A stretch of 63,060 nucleotides of DNA, filler included, from Perkinsus chesapeaki ATCC PRA-425 (GCA_013115145.1; 10 parts of 10 records of this genome joined end to end with filler, not necessarily neighbours in it); one strand, 5' to 3'. Positions 51,661 to 61,780 are shown, numbered from the whole stretch's first letter. Made by a program: numbers and translations. The notes: generated by a model from the sequence alone, not told the origin.

Positions 51661-53227
51661 TCAGATAATTCTTCTCATCTTGAAGGCGGCCGGTGTAAAA
51701 TTTATTTGATGTATTTAAAACCCACACAAGCAGCAGCAGCTGTAGTGGCAGTCTAGGGCCAGATAGCGTATCCTTCTCCTCTGAGCTAGGATGTCCCCAC
51801 CGTCCATGATCTGGGTTTGTTATTCACCATATTTGCTATTATATATCCTCTTGTGACGTGCTTGCACTAACCATGCTTCTCGTTGCTCACGTTAAAGGTG
51901 TCGCACTCTTATGAACAAAGATAAGCAGTGCTAAGTTACCAATGGGCAGCTTGGGTTGAGTCTTCAATGCTCCAGCGGTGAGGGGGGGTTCAGGGATATC
52001 ATTTGATCCCGCCGACATCCTTGCATGGAAAGATGGCAAGTCGTTGAAAGTTCCTCCTCACTGCTTCGAAGAAAGAAAACTCTCGAGCTGGGATGTAACT
52101 TGGACACGTTCCATCGTGGTGTTGATGATACCTCATAACTCCATGGTATTAAAGCTTCATCGCTACCTTGGGTGCAGTTATTCATTTCGCACCAATGCGT
52201 CCCACCTCCCCAGACGTCGTCGATGAGGCCACCTCGAAGGCTCTAGGATCTCTCATGTCAAACGGTAACAACTCCCTCACCAACGATTTCATTAAGTCGC
52301 TTCTTTCAGCGTTGAATCGCGGGACCCCTCGCCAGGATAGGTCAGGTAGTGGTAGCGAGTTGAGGGTCTGTTAATCGCCATACCGACTTTTTCTCAGCAA
52401 TTGGGTCCCAAGATGCCTCGCCAAATATCCCACTTTTCCACAAGACTAGAGCCTGCGTCTATTACGAATCCGGGTAATCAAAGATATTTGCATCTTTCTC
52501 TTCGACGGTGACTCGTATTAACTCTTCATCTTCAGTCGAGGATGCGTACATGGAGAAAACTGCCTCTACGCGCACGGGACTGAGGATCTGAAAACAGCTC
52601 CGGACCTCAGGTAAAGAAGGGGAGGATGCACGACAAGGATCGACGAGGGAATAATTATAATGCATTTGGTGGCACATATTTCCTATCAAACTCCTTTCTG
52701 TTATATCTCCTCCTCCGTATCACTAGTAACATATTTCCTATCAAACNNNNNNNNNNNNNNNNNNNNNNNNNNNNNNNNNNNNNNNNNNNNTTAATTAATT
52801 AANNNNNNNNNNNNNNNNNNNNNNNNNNNNNNNNNNNNNNNNNNNNTGCGGTGCCACATGCTAGGCTGCCTGCGGCGGCGAACTGCCTTTTCCTCGGTAG
52901 ATCTCTGTGCTGCTACGGACAGCAGCAGGGTCCGTACTTGTTGCACGCTCCTTGCATGTCCAGTGTTTACATGTGGTAGTCACCTTGGAAGCTGAACCGC
53001 TCGCACTGGGGAGGCTGGCTATGCTCACGAAGAGCTTCATTGACTACTAGTCAATGACTAGCTGTTACGCTGGGGTAACAGCTTTGCAGAGAACTGACAA
53101 GAGTGATTCAGTAGTTACGAATCACTAGTATCATTCAGCCGTTTCAACGGCGTTTCATTCGCGCGCATTTCGCGCGCCAGGGACCATTGCTTAGATTACT
53201 GCTGCTTTGGATTGCTCAGTTTTAGGG

Positions 53228-53280
53228 GCCCGTGCAGCCCCGCTGAAGCGGGGACCCCCGCACGGGCTCGGGCTGACTAG
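53228..53280 (+). mobile_element. Helitron-like 3' terminus: GC hairpin followed by CTAG
   Basis: GCCCGTGC (53228-35) pairs with GCACGGGC (53260-67), inner CCCCGCT/AGCGGGG hairpin, CTAG at 53277-80; the following base is A, not the canonical T. Confidence 0.35.
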
Positions 53281-54150
53281 AACCTGCGACCTTTGGATTG
53301 CTGGACATTACTCTTAACCACTAGACTAACTCTCGGGACAATAGAGGAGTGTTTCCAGAAAGGTAGAGACTGCAATGTCTCGTTGAACTTAAAAATACCA
53401 TCCTTAGATTTGAACCCACGACCTTCGGCATGACAACCTTGTTCGATACCGCTACGCTAGTTTTACTGCTGATATCATGATAATACTTTACGAGGGACGT
53501 TCACTGAAGTAATGTAAGGATGATAAGAAGAATGTATGTAGAGTAGAACAATATGTGAAGGCTTGTTCACTAATCAGATCTGTGAACAATGATGCGTTAC
53601 TAGGTCTGGTAATAAGCAAGTAGCCTTCACAACAGGCTAGACTTGTCAGGGACATTGTAAAGTAAAAAGCAATATCTGTGATTTGAACCTGCGACCTCAG
53701 GGTTATGAACCATGAATCGTACCACTACACTAAATCCTCCCCTGAAATAGAGATTGCACTAAAGAAGTGGCTATTGTCTGAGTGTTGAGAACAGGCTAGA
53801 ATAAAGGTCCACGCTAAACGGAGAACATCCCTACACCCACTCAAAGCTATACCACACACTTCCAGACACAAAGGTACTGATAATGGAAAGGGCAGACATT
53901 ACAGTACTGCCGGTAGCATTAAATTCTTGCGCGCCACGAAATTCCCCTGACTTGCGCATTTTAGTGTTAGATCCCACTCTAGTACTGTCAGACACTATCA
54001 CCGACCCTATTATCCCTTATTTAGCAGTGACTATCACTTGGAAGGCCTTCCCCCACCATTGAGATTTAATTCCCGAAAAGTTGAACCAGTCGGATCCGTA
54101 CCACCAACCTCGGGTCTTCAACCGAGCACCTTAACCAGCTGAGCTGTGAG
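53281..54150 (-). repeat. Four co-oriented degenerate tRNA-like units
   Basis: Units at ~53281-53335, 53405-53460, 53678-53735 and 54085-54150 with A-box-like TAGYNYAGYGG; the first three share AGGTCGYRGGTT(CAAATC); acceptor stems are unpaired. Confidence 0.55.
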
Positions 54151-54593
54151 CCAGTTCAGAATCACAAAGTGACAAAGACGGTGATGATCATTGAGCTGAA
54201 TCTTAAATCGATCATAGCTCTTTATCCATTCATCAATCTCCGGAATTTTCTTCGTCTATATTACTCAGGAGACCGAGACGAGTCGATTGGTACTACTCTT
54301 GACCCCGTTTATGAGCTAGATCGNNNNNNNNNNNNNNNNNNNNNNNNNNNNNNNNNNNNNNNNNNNNTTAATTAATTAANNNNNNNNNNNNNNNNNNNNN
54401 NNNNNNNNNNNNNNNNNNNNNNNTGTTTACTGTGTTAAAGTGATTGCACGGAATTATGTCCTTGGATTGGAAACAGTGCCGAACTTGGAAAACTCGGCCT
54501 CCGCAATGCGCAACCGAAACACGTACTTTTCCACAAGCCATAGCACCCTGAGTCACTCAGCCTCATTTCTGCACGAGTGCGTACAGACTGCTC

Positions 54594-55667
54594 TTATAGG
54601 GAGCAGTCGGATTCGTCCTCAGACGCGACCCCCTCTGAGTCAGACTCCACCCCTCCGTCGCTGATATCTGAGTCCACATTCTCTTCTCTGTCAATGTTGT
54701 TTACGATGAAGAAGTTCCGCGAAGCAGCGCAGGCTCTTATCGTGTTACTAGTGAGCAACATCGATTGTTCTCCAGTTGAACGTGGCCCTCTGATGCGCAG
54801 GTCTTTAAGACACCTAAATTGGCTTTTCCATACACCAATGCAGCGCTCAACGATGCTCCTAGTGCGGCGGTGCCTTTCATTATACGCGTTTTCTTGAGGG
54901 GACAAAACCCGCCCGCCAGCCTTCGACACCGGTGTCTTCAAGTAGTCCGAGCTTCTGTATGCACTGTCACCTAGGAGAACGACATCGCGATTATCTGGGC
55001 GCCATCCAGCGTGGAGCTTCATGCCGATAGTAGAATTACGAAAGACTCTACTGTCGTGAACCCGACCACCCCACCTTGTTGAGAGGCTACAGATAAATAA
55101 GGAGCTAGTACAGACAACTTGGCAGTTCAGGGAGTGGAAATGGTGCCTATTGAGATAACTGTCTTCACCAACTTGGGGAGGATGAACTTTCACATGAGTC
55201 CCATCAACACAGCCCCAGACGTTAACCATTCCGGCCACAGCCCGGAAGCCCTCAATGGACTCTCGAAGTACGTCGCCTCCCGGTATGGTGATATACGCAG
55301 GGCATAAAACTTTTACCGTTGCTCCGACAAAGCGTTTAACCACAGTGCATACTGTCGCAACCGAAACTCCGTGCGCATCTCCAATGGTGCGATATGTCCC
55401 ACCACTTGCCAGGGCTCGCAGACCAATGGCTACTTGTTGACGAACCGATAGTGTGAATCCCTTCCTAAGCGTCTGTTTACCACTATGCTGCAGCTCCGGC
55501 TGAAGCATCTCACATAAAGTTTGTAACTGCTCAGTGTTGAGACGAAACCTAGCCTCAGCAAAACATATCTGAGGTCCTGAGATGTTGCGTCGACATTGTA
55601 CAACGTAGGGGCGAACGACGTCGTTGTCCGACTCGGATGACGAGAAGACAGTTGAGTCGGAAAGCAT
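54594..55667 (-). CDS. PIF/Harbinger transposase (HARBI1-like), intact ORF
   Basis: HTH LSVRQQVAIGLRALASGGTYRTIGDAHGVSVATV; catalytic GCVDGTHV, LLGDSAY, RSIVERCIGVWKSQFRCL. Confidence 0.93.
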   Translation of the reverse strand: MLSDSTVFSSSESDNDVVRPYVVQCRRNISGPQICFAEARFRLNTEQLQTLCEMLQPELQHSGKQTLRKGFTLSVRQQVAIGLRALASGGTYRTIGDAHGVSVATVCTVVKRFVGATVKVLCPAYITIPGGDVLRESIEGFRAVAGMVNVWGCVDGTHVKVHPPQVGEDSYLNRHHFHSLNCQVVCTSSLFICSLSTRWGGRVHDSRVFRNSTIGMKLHAGWRPDNRDVVLLGDSAYRSSDYLKTPVSKAGGRVLSPQENAYNERHRRTRSIVERCIGVWKSQFRCLKDLRIRGPRSTGEQSMLLTSNTIRACAASRNFFIVNNIDREENVDSDISDGGVESDSEGVASEDESDCSL

Positions 55668-55801
55668 GATGATAGACTGCGGAAAGGCAACGTAACGCCA
55701 CGGTATGGTTACAAAGGTGGTTCAACAGATGCACATAAACGGTTGAATTTGAACCACCTACTCCGACTGTCGGTCTTTCCGTTGAATTGTAGGCTACATA
55801 A

Positions 55802-56626
55802 ATGCCACCCTCTAAGAGTAAGCAGAAAGCCGCCGCGGAGCAGCGAGCAGTGGCGGCCAACGAGAGGCTGCAGTTCCTGAGTCTGATCGAGGACAACTAC
55901 TCCAAGCTGACTGGAAAGTTCGACGCCACTCACACCAAAGATACCCGAGACGAGTGTTGGAAAGCTATAGCAGCAACCATAATCGGTGACGGGTTGTCTA
56001 CTCTGTGGGGCACCTTGACGGATGGAGAGGTAAAGTTAGCCAAGACAGGTGATCCTGTGATCATGAAGAAGATAGCAAATCACCTCCGTGATAATAAATG
56101 GAGCGATCTTCGTCGTCGCTACACGAAGAACCGAGGTAAGCTAAGTAAGACGGGTGAGGGTGGTGGTGTTGCTGCTCAGCTTGACGAACAAGATCTACTG
56201 GTAGACAGAATAGTGAACGGCAATAATGGAGAAGGTAAAGCCGCCGTGAGTGGCCTTGACGTGTTATCCGACGGTTGCTCTCGTGATGGTGATGGTGTTC
56301 AAACTACGACCGGTGCTATCTGTTCACACAGCGAGGCGGCAGTGCGACCCTCAGAGCCTGCTCAGAGTGACGACGGAGTTATACATCTTCAAAATGAGGA
56401 TTCTAAGAAGACGGCGACGGAACTTTCCGAAAGTGGTCTCCTGCAGGAGAATCAGCTGCTAAGAAGGAAGCGCGGAAGATCCATCACAAGCAAGGCAGCC
56501 TTGATAGATGACTTGAATGCTGCAAGAATCGCTTACATCAAGCAAAAAACTAAATTCTACGAGCTGTCCTGCTTGAAGCTCGCGAATGACATGAAGGATG
56601 GGGTTCGAGAAGTAAATGAGAGTTGA
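55802..56626 (+). CDS. Myb/SANT-like (trihelix) DNA-binding partner of the Harbinger element
   Basis: ERLQFLSLIEDNYSKL..RDECWKAIA..KWSDLRRRY; divergent from the transposase with 134 bp between them, the usual two-gene Harbinger layout. Confidence 0.8.
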   Translation: MPPSKSKQKAAAEQRAVAANERLQFLSLIEDNYSKLTGKFDATHTKDTRDECWKAIAATIIGDGLSTLWGTLTDGEVKLAKTGDPVIMKKIANHLRDNKWSDLRRRYTKNRGKLSKTGEGGGVAAQLDEQDLLVDRIVNGNNGEGKAAVSGLDVLSDGCSRDGDGVQTTTGAICSHSEAAVRPSEPAQSDDGVIHLQNEDSKKTATELSESGLLQENQLLRRKRGRSITSKAALIDDLNAARIAYIKQKTKFYELSCLKLANDMKDGVREVNES

Positions 56627-56663
56627 TTAAATGATGCACTTTCATTGAACAACAAGCTGTAGA

Positions 56664-57407
56664 CTACAGCCTGTAGTTGGGTGTCGAAATATGTTTCTGT
56701 GTTAAATTCGTGTAAAGGGCAGTGTTATACGAGTACCCGGAAACGCGCGGGTCATGGTTCGGAGTCGCGCAGGTCGTGGAAGAATGACACATATTTTCCG
56801 AGTTGGAGATGTTCACTTTAACGCTTTTTCCCGGGGAGGGAAGGCTTCCACGTGGAATCCTGTCCCAGCGCGTGGATCCAAGTCCGTGGAATGGGAACCT
56901 GGACGATAGTTGCACTTTAACACAAGTAATTTTTCCAAGTTTGGAAGGGTCTACTTTCCAGCTCTGTGGACTTGGAAAATGGTGCACTTTAATTGATCCC
57001 TGCACTGGCACGCCACCAACAGAGTGGGTCTTAGGCAACACTCCAAGGTACGGCGGTGTGTCCAACCATCGCAGGAAAGCCTGGTAATCTCCTTCATGAC
57101 GAGTGCCACCAACAGGCACAGGCCAGATTTCAGAGTAGACGGTCCTAAAATCTTCAACCCGGGCAACATGTACCACCCTATAAACCATGAACCGTGCGAG
57201 GGCCGACTGAGAAAGCGTCAGCAACCAGGCGCGGAATTCTTCAATCCCGGGAGTGCCCAGGCAATGGTTCGTCTTCCCAGTGATGGCGGCTAGTGGCGAC
57301 GTACCACCAAAATAGAACACACAGGCTGCAAGGCAAGACAAGATTGCCCGAGCCATTATCACCCTCCCACGCCGTGTGCTCTGACAACGAGGAGGGCACC
57401 ACTGCAC
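56664..57407 (-). CDS. Intronless ORF of unknown function (third of a packed trio)
   Basis: 247-aa open frame starting 5 bp after the previous ORF; no recognised domain; the 3' part may run into Harbinger end sequence. Confidence 0.35.
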   Translation of the reverse strand: MQWCPPRCQSTRRGRVIMARAILSCLAACVFYFGGTSPLAAITGKTNHCLGTPGIEEFRAWLLTLSQSALARFMVYRVVHVARVEDFRTVYSEIWPVPVGGTRHEGDYQAFLRWLDTPPYLGVLPKTHSVGGVPVQGSIKVHHFPSPQSWKVDPSKLGKITCVKVQLSSRFPFHGLGSTRWDRIPRGSLPSPGKSVKVNISNSENMCHSSTTCATPNHDPRVSGYSYNTALYTNLTQKHISTPNYRL

Positions 57408-57412
57408 CTTTG

Positions 57413-58246
57413 CTAGTGGCGGCGGGGACGCAGTGAGTACTGCTCCCGATTCCCAGCTTCTGTAATGCCCGATTTCTTTGGCCTGCTCTTCCTGACAGTA
57501 GCGGCAGAAGGTTGGAGAGTAGCACTCCTCGCGGCTTGGGACTCTCCGGCCTGCAAACCGCTGCTCCCAAAATCCATTTGACGTTCTCTCGCCATCTCCA
57601 TTAGTTCGGATACAGCCTCCGCGCGCTCAGCTTCCTCCGCAGCCAATTGGGCAGCTAAGGCGGCAGCCTCACTGTCAACGCCGACCATCTCGGATTGGTA
57701 GATCCTTTCGCAAAGCCCAGCTACATCCAACCCAGCCCTGGCTGACTTCACAATGGACTTGAAATCGCTTTCACGCACTTCCACATCCATGTCCATATCA
57801 CAGAATTCCTCCCAGGTCAAAGCTGGATTGAACTGCATCAAAAGTTCCATTGAAGCAAAAGCATCGCCACGATTTTGGCAAAGCTTGGTGGTAACTCCAT
57901 TATCAGAATGAGGCACCACGGTGTGGTACAATGAAGCCATCACACCAAAGGCTTGTGCTCTCTTCGACTTTTCCACCCAATCCCAGTCTTCGACCTGAAT
58001 TGGCTTCGTCAGATTGGAGCCTGAGGCTGTGGCCTCCCCATTCAACACCTCGAGCAGGCGAGAGATCAGATCCCTGATAGACAGTGAAGCACTGCCTCCC
58101 GCTTCTGCACAATAAGCTTGTAAGGCACGAGCACTCTCATGCAACGCAGGCTTGGGGCTTACCAATTTCGAGGAGGCCTTGCCCAATGTCATCATAGGGC
58201 GCACCTTCTTACTAGGAGGCTGGTCCTCAACTGAGAACCCATGCAT
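57413..58246 (-). CDS. Intronless ORF of unknown function ending in YSLRPRRH
   Basis: 277-aa open frame with a coiled-coil stretch (AAALAAQLAAEEAERAEAVSELMEMARE) and a basic C-terminal motif of the type seen at retrotransposon ORF ends. Confidence 0.55.
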   Translation of the reverse strand: MHGFSVEDQPPSKKVRPMMTLGKASSKLVSPKPALHESARALQAYCAEAGGSASLSIRDLISRLLEVLNGEATASGSNLTKPIQVEDWDWVEKSKRAQAFGVMASLYHTVVPHSDNGVTTKLCQNRGDAFASMELLMQFNPALTWEEFCDMDMDVEVRESDFKSIVKSARAGLDVAGLCERIYQSEMVGVDSEAAALAAQLAAEEAERAEAVSELMEMARERQMDFGSSGLQAGESQAARSATLQPSAATVRKSRPKKSGITEAGNREQYSLRPRRH

Positions 58247-58351
58247 ATCCCTCCCGTCCGCACCAAGCCCGGACCGGCTGCAGGACCATCAACGGCAGCA
58301 ATATCCACCAGGTCCCAACCCCACCCCATACTGAATACGGGATGATGCACA

Positions 58352-59302
58352 TCACTCAGAACGTGTTGCCTCCCAATGGGAGGCATAACTGTCAACTTGG
58401 TATATCTTCTTGATCTCACCACCTGTGCGAGTACGCAAGGGTAGATGGCCCACACTCAAGCGTGCTGGCATCACCACGTTTCGAACAGGCACCCGAGTGA
58501 AACCATCACCCGAATATTCAACATATTGAGGCACCATTCCAGCAAACCGAGCCAGATACTCGACACAAGCGCCAGCCTGCCCAGCTTCTACTATGATGCG
58601 AGCATCCTTGGGTACGTCCAGCGGCCGTAATTGCTGGCAGCCAATGGGCTCGTGGTCCCCAACAGCCACCCCACGCCACAGCAACTCATACGGATCCACC
58701 ACATTACCATGTAGCACCAAATCCTTAATATCACTGCGGAGGTCGGTTGAAACAATACCACCCAAGATAGGGCCCAGATCACCGCCAGTGATGGTGTTGA
58801 AGATCGCGTTGACAGTTCCACAAATGACCAGATGCTGAGCATTCGACACCAATGTACTGACCACACTAGCCAGTTCTGCCTCTTCCAACAATCCCGCACA
58901 GACATAGCGGGCCACATACGACGAGAGAATAAACTCCAGGGAGTACCGTCCCACTAAGGCCAGGACGAGTCCGTGCTCAAGTAAACTGAGCCAAAAGGCT
59001 TGTTGAGGGAAGGGGCTCGCTCTTGCTCCTGCCACGTCGAAGTGCTCGACCAACAACGGCCCGAGGGCTTCCACGGCCGAGGATGGTGGAGGAATGCGGA
59101 CCCTGATTGATCTGGATCCACTCACCAACCACTTCTCACCCCCCTGGTCAAAATAAAGCATTGCAGCCACATCACGCACCATGGAAAGGAACCCGTCAAG
59201 CAACCCACGCGCTCGGAAAAAGTAGGTCAGGGTGTCCCAAAGCACATGCGGAACCAAAGCGACCAAGGTGTCCCGGTCACGATTTGCATGTACGATAGGC
59301 AC
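58352..59302 (-). CDS. Intronless ORF of unknown function
   Basis: 316-aa uninterrupted frame with normal composition, downstream of an integrase remnant. Confidence 0.55.
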   Translation of the reverse strand: MPIVHANRDRDTLVALVPHVLWDTLTYFFRARGLLDGFLSMVRDVAAMLYFDQGGEKWLVSGSRSIRVRIPPPSSAVEALGPLLVEHFDVAGARASPFPQQAFWLSLLEHGLVLALVGRYSLEFILSSYVARYVCAGLLEEAELASVVSTLVSNAQHLVICGTVNAIFNTITGGDLGPILGGIVSTDLRSDIKDLVLHGNVVDPYELLWRGVAVGDHEPIGCQQLRPLDVPKDARIIVEAGQAGACVEYLARFAGMVPQYVEYSGDGFTRVPVRNVVMPARLSVGHLPLRTRTGGEIKKIYQVDSYASHWEATRSE

Positions 59303-59502
59303 GATCCCTGTATGCCTCTAGCATACGCTCTAGCATACGGAAGGCCGCTCTTTAGCACCGGAACCTCCTGTTCCGTTCCCCGCGTCACCCATCCGCTGAC
59401 GCACGCGTGCACATGGAGTTACGCTTCGCCGGATGCCCATAGGATTTTACAACGAGACACTAATGTGTATCGATATATAAAATCCTTGTCGCGCATCCTT
59501 GA

Positions 59503-60010
59503 TCATCGCAGAGACGTTGGGCGAGAAGCGAGGACGAACAGGCTGCTCAACAGGAGATGAGTCTCGATAAGTACAGCGCTTGATAAGTGCCCTACCGAGA
59601 GACGAGTTCCGCTGTGATCCCCAAGACCAGTCGTTCGTAGTACGAAGTTACTTCGTACTCGCATCACGCTCAGACTCTGCGATGCCGACAGAGAGAACCG
59701 AACCCCACCATTCCTAGCGGACCAGTCAGCAATCTCTTTGCTACGAAACTCATTGTCACTTCGTACATACAAGGGAAAACCGTTGCGCAGACAAATGGTT
59801 GTTAAGGCCTTCAGGTACGAGTTATGTAACTGGTCGGTAACAACCTCAAAGTCCACTGAAATAGCAACAAGCAGTTAGCAACATACCTCCTTGACCAACG
59901 TGAAGGACATCAATACCGATCTTCCGCCAAGGGGCCATATGACGATCAGGTGATCGAGTACCATGTGGGACTTTAACCCTGTTTGTATCATCCACCTTCT
60001 GGCATATTTC
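59503..60010 (-). mobile_element. Degenerate LTR-retrotransposon integrase core fragment
   Basis: APWRKIGIDVLHV (~59900) and LKALTTICLRNGFPLYVRSDNEF (~59750-59820), with frameshifts. Confidence 0.7.
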
Positions 60011-60110
60011 NNNNNNNNNNNNNNNNNNNNNNNNNNNNNNNNNNNNNNNNNNNNTTAATTAATTAANNNNNNNNNNNNNNNNNNNNNNNNNNNNNNNNNN
60101 NNNNNNNNNN

Positions 60111-61678
60111 TAATTATCTATATAGATAATTAGCTATAATGACGTATATTTATAATAATATTGCTATTTATATACTATATAATATTATATCTATATTTAT
60201 ATATGATAGCCCCTAATAATAAATTAATAATATATTTACTATAATCTATTCATATATATAAACTAAGGGGCTATATTTATCATATAATATTTATAACTAT
60301 AAGTATTCATATCTATATCTATAATTTATTGTATATATTGATTATAATGAATTAAATCTATTATATACTGATATTTATAAATAATGAATAAATAGTGATA
60401 TTATACCCTAGGAATTATATTGATATCTATATATATCTTATATCTTATATTTATTAATGCCCTGCAATATAATATATTATTAATGATAACAGCAGGGCAT
60501 AGATATTATTTATGTATTGTATATTATTACATTTATTATAATATTAACTTTATAACATATATTATATTTAGTATTATTTATCTATAAATAGTGATATGCT
60601 ATAATATCCTTATCTATAATTATTGTATTATAATATATATTTATAATAGATCTATTAGTTTATAATAATATATATACATTTGTTAATATTTAATATTTAT
60701 CTATATATAATATCTATATTACATTGGTATAATTAAGTATAATATTAACTTGTGATTATATATAATATAATCAGCTATCAGATATAAATATTTATATAAA
60801 TCTTTATGCAGTGCTTAATTATTATATATATTATTGTATTGCACTGCATTATTAATATTTAATATTTTATATATCTATAATACCCATATTTAATAATTAA
60901 TAGAATTATAATATAAATTATGATTATATATGATTAACAATATAATATTCCCTATAATATTATCTATAGTATTATAATAGATTATTAATAAATGGTATAG
61001 CTTATCATATATTTTATAATAGTTATAATATTAAGATAAATATATAATCATATATAGATATAATAAACTAATGATTAATAAATGTATAATATAATATGTT
61101 TAAGTCGTAATATGGTAATTGCTGGTATATTAGTAATTGATAATGCTATAAATTATAATAATATTATATATGAGTCTAACTAGTCTTATAAATATATACC
61201 CCGCCATACAATAATCTAGATTTATATTATATATCCATTATATTATCTAGTCATATTTTATCTAATATTTTAATAAAGGCGGGGTAATAAAGATGTTAAA
61301 TATGATAAATATACCTCTAGCTAATCTATACCCCGCCCTAAGGTATTAATTTATACATTTATATTATATTAAAAGGCGGGGTATAATAATTATAATAATC
61401 TTATAAATGTATATCTTTTATATTATATCTAGATTTAATATTCTTATTTATACTACTAGTAATATAATTATATAATATATAGTATTAATAATGTATAATA
61501 CAATGAATCTATATTATAATCTATGATATCTCTATTATTAATATTAATGTCTAATGATATAAAATAAGTATATTTAATAGATTATTTATTCATATCCAAC
61601 CAGATATATATTTATTATTATAATGCATAAGGATATTAAATGAATAATAGTATATTATGAATATTTATATCTATATCT
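60111..61678. other. Extremely AT-rich contig, probably mitochondrial DNA
   Basis: About 85-90% AT by eye, no ORF in the track, five GC-containing inverted-repeat pairs and an SSU rRNA 3'-end-like motif. Confidence 0.65.
61102..61139 (+). rRNA. Candidate fragment of a fragmented mitochondrial SSU rRNA (3' conserved motif + helix 45)
   Basis: AAGTCGTAATATGGTA resembles the conserved AAGTCGTAACAAGGTA; it is followed by the hairpin AATTGCTG-GTATAT-TAGTAATT at the helix-45 position. Confidence 0.55.
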
Positions 61679-61780
61679 NNNNNNNNNNNNNNNNNNNNNN
61701 NNNNNNNNNNNNNNNNNNNNNNTTAATTAATTAANNNNNNNNNNNNNNNNNNNNNNNNNNNNNNNNNNNNNNNNNNNNGT

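Noticed and set aside
54594-56626. Nuclease plus partner gene as a novel defence system
   Set aside because: Fully explained by the known PIF/Harbinger transposase + Myb/SANT organisation.
60400-60500. LSU rRNA motif pieces (TACCCTAGG, GATAACAG)
   Set aside because: Short, separated and not in the conserved context; not enough to call.
29023-61778. TTAATTAATTAA flanked by N runs as a biological repeat; gene neighbourhoods across these points
   Set aside because: Identical 100-bp six-frame-stop linkers added during contig concatenation. ORF ends running into them (43205-44311, 44304-45932, 45784-46071, 54169-54375, 54368-54556) are artefactual at those ends.
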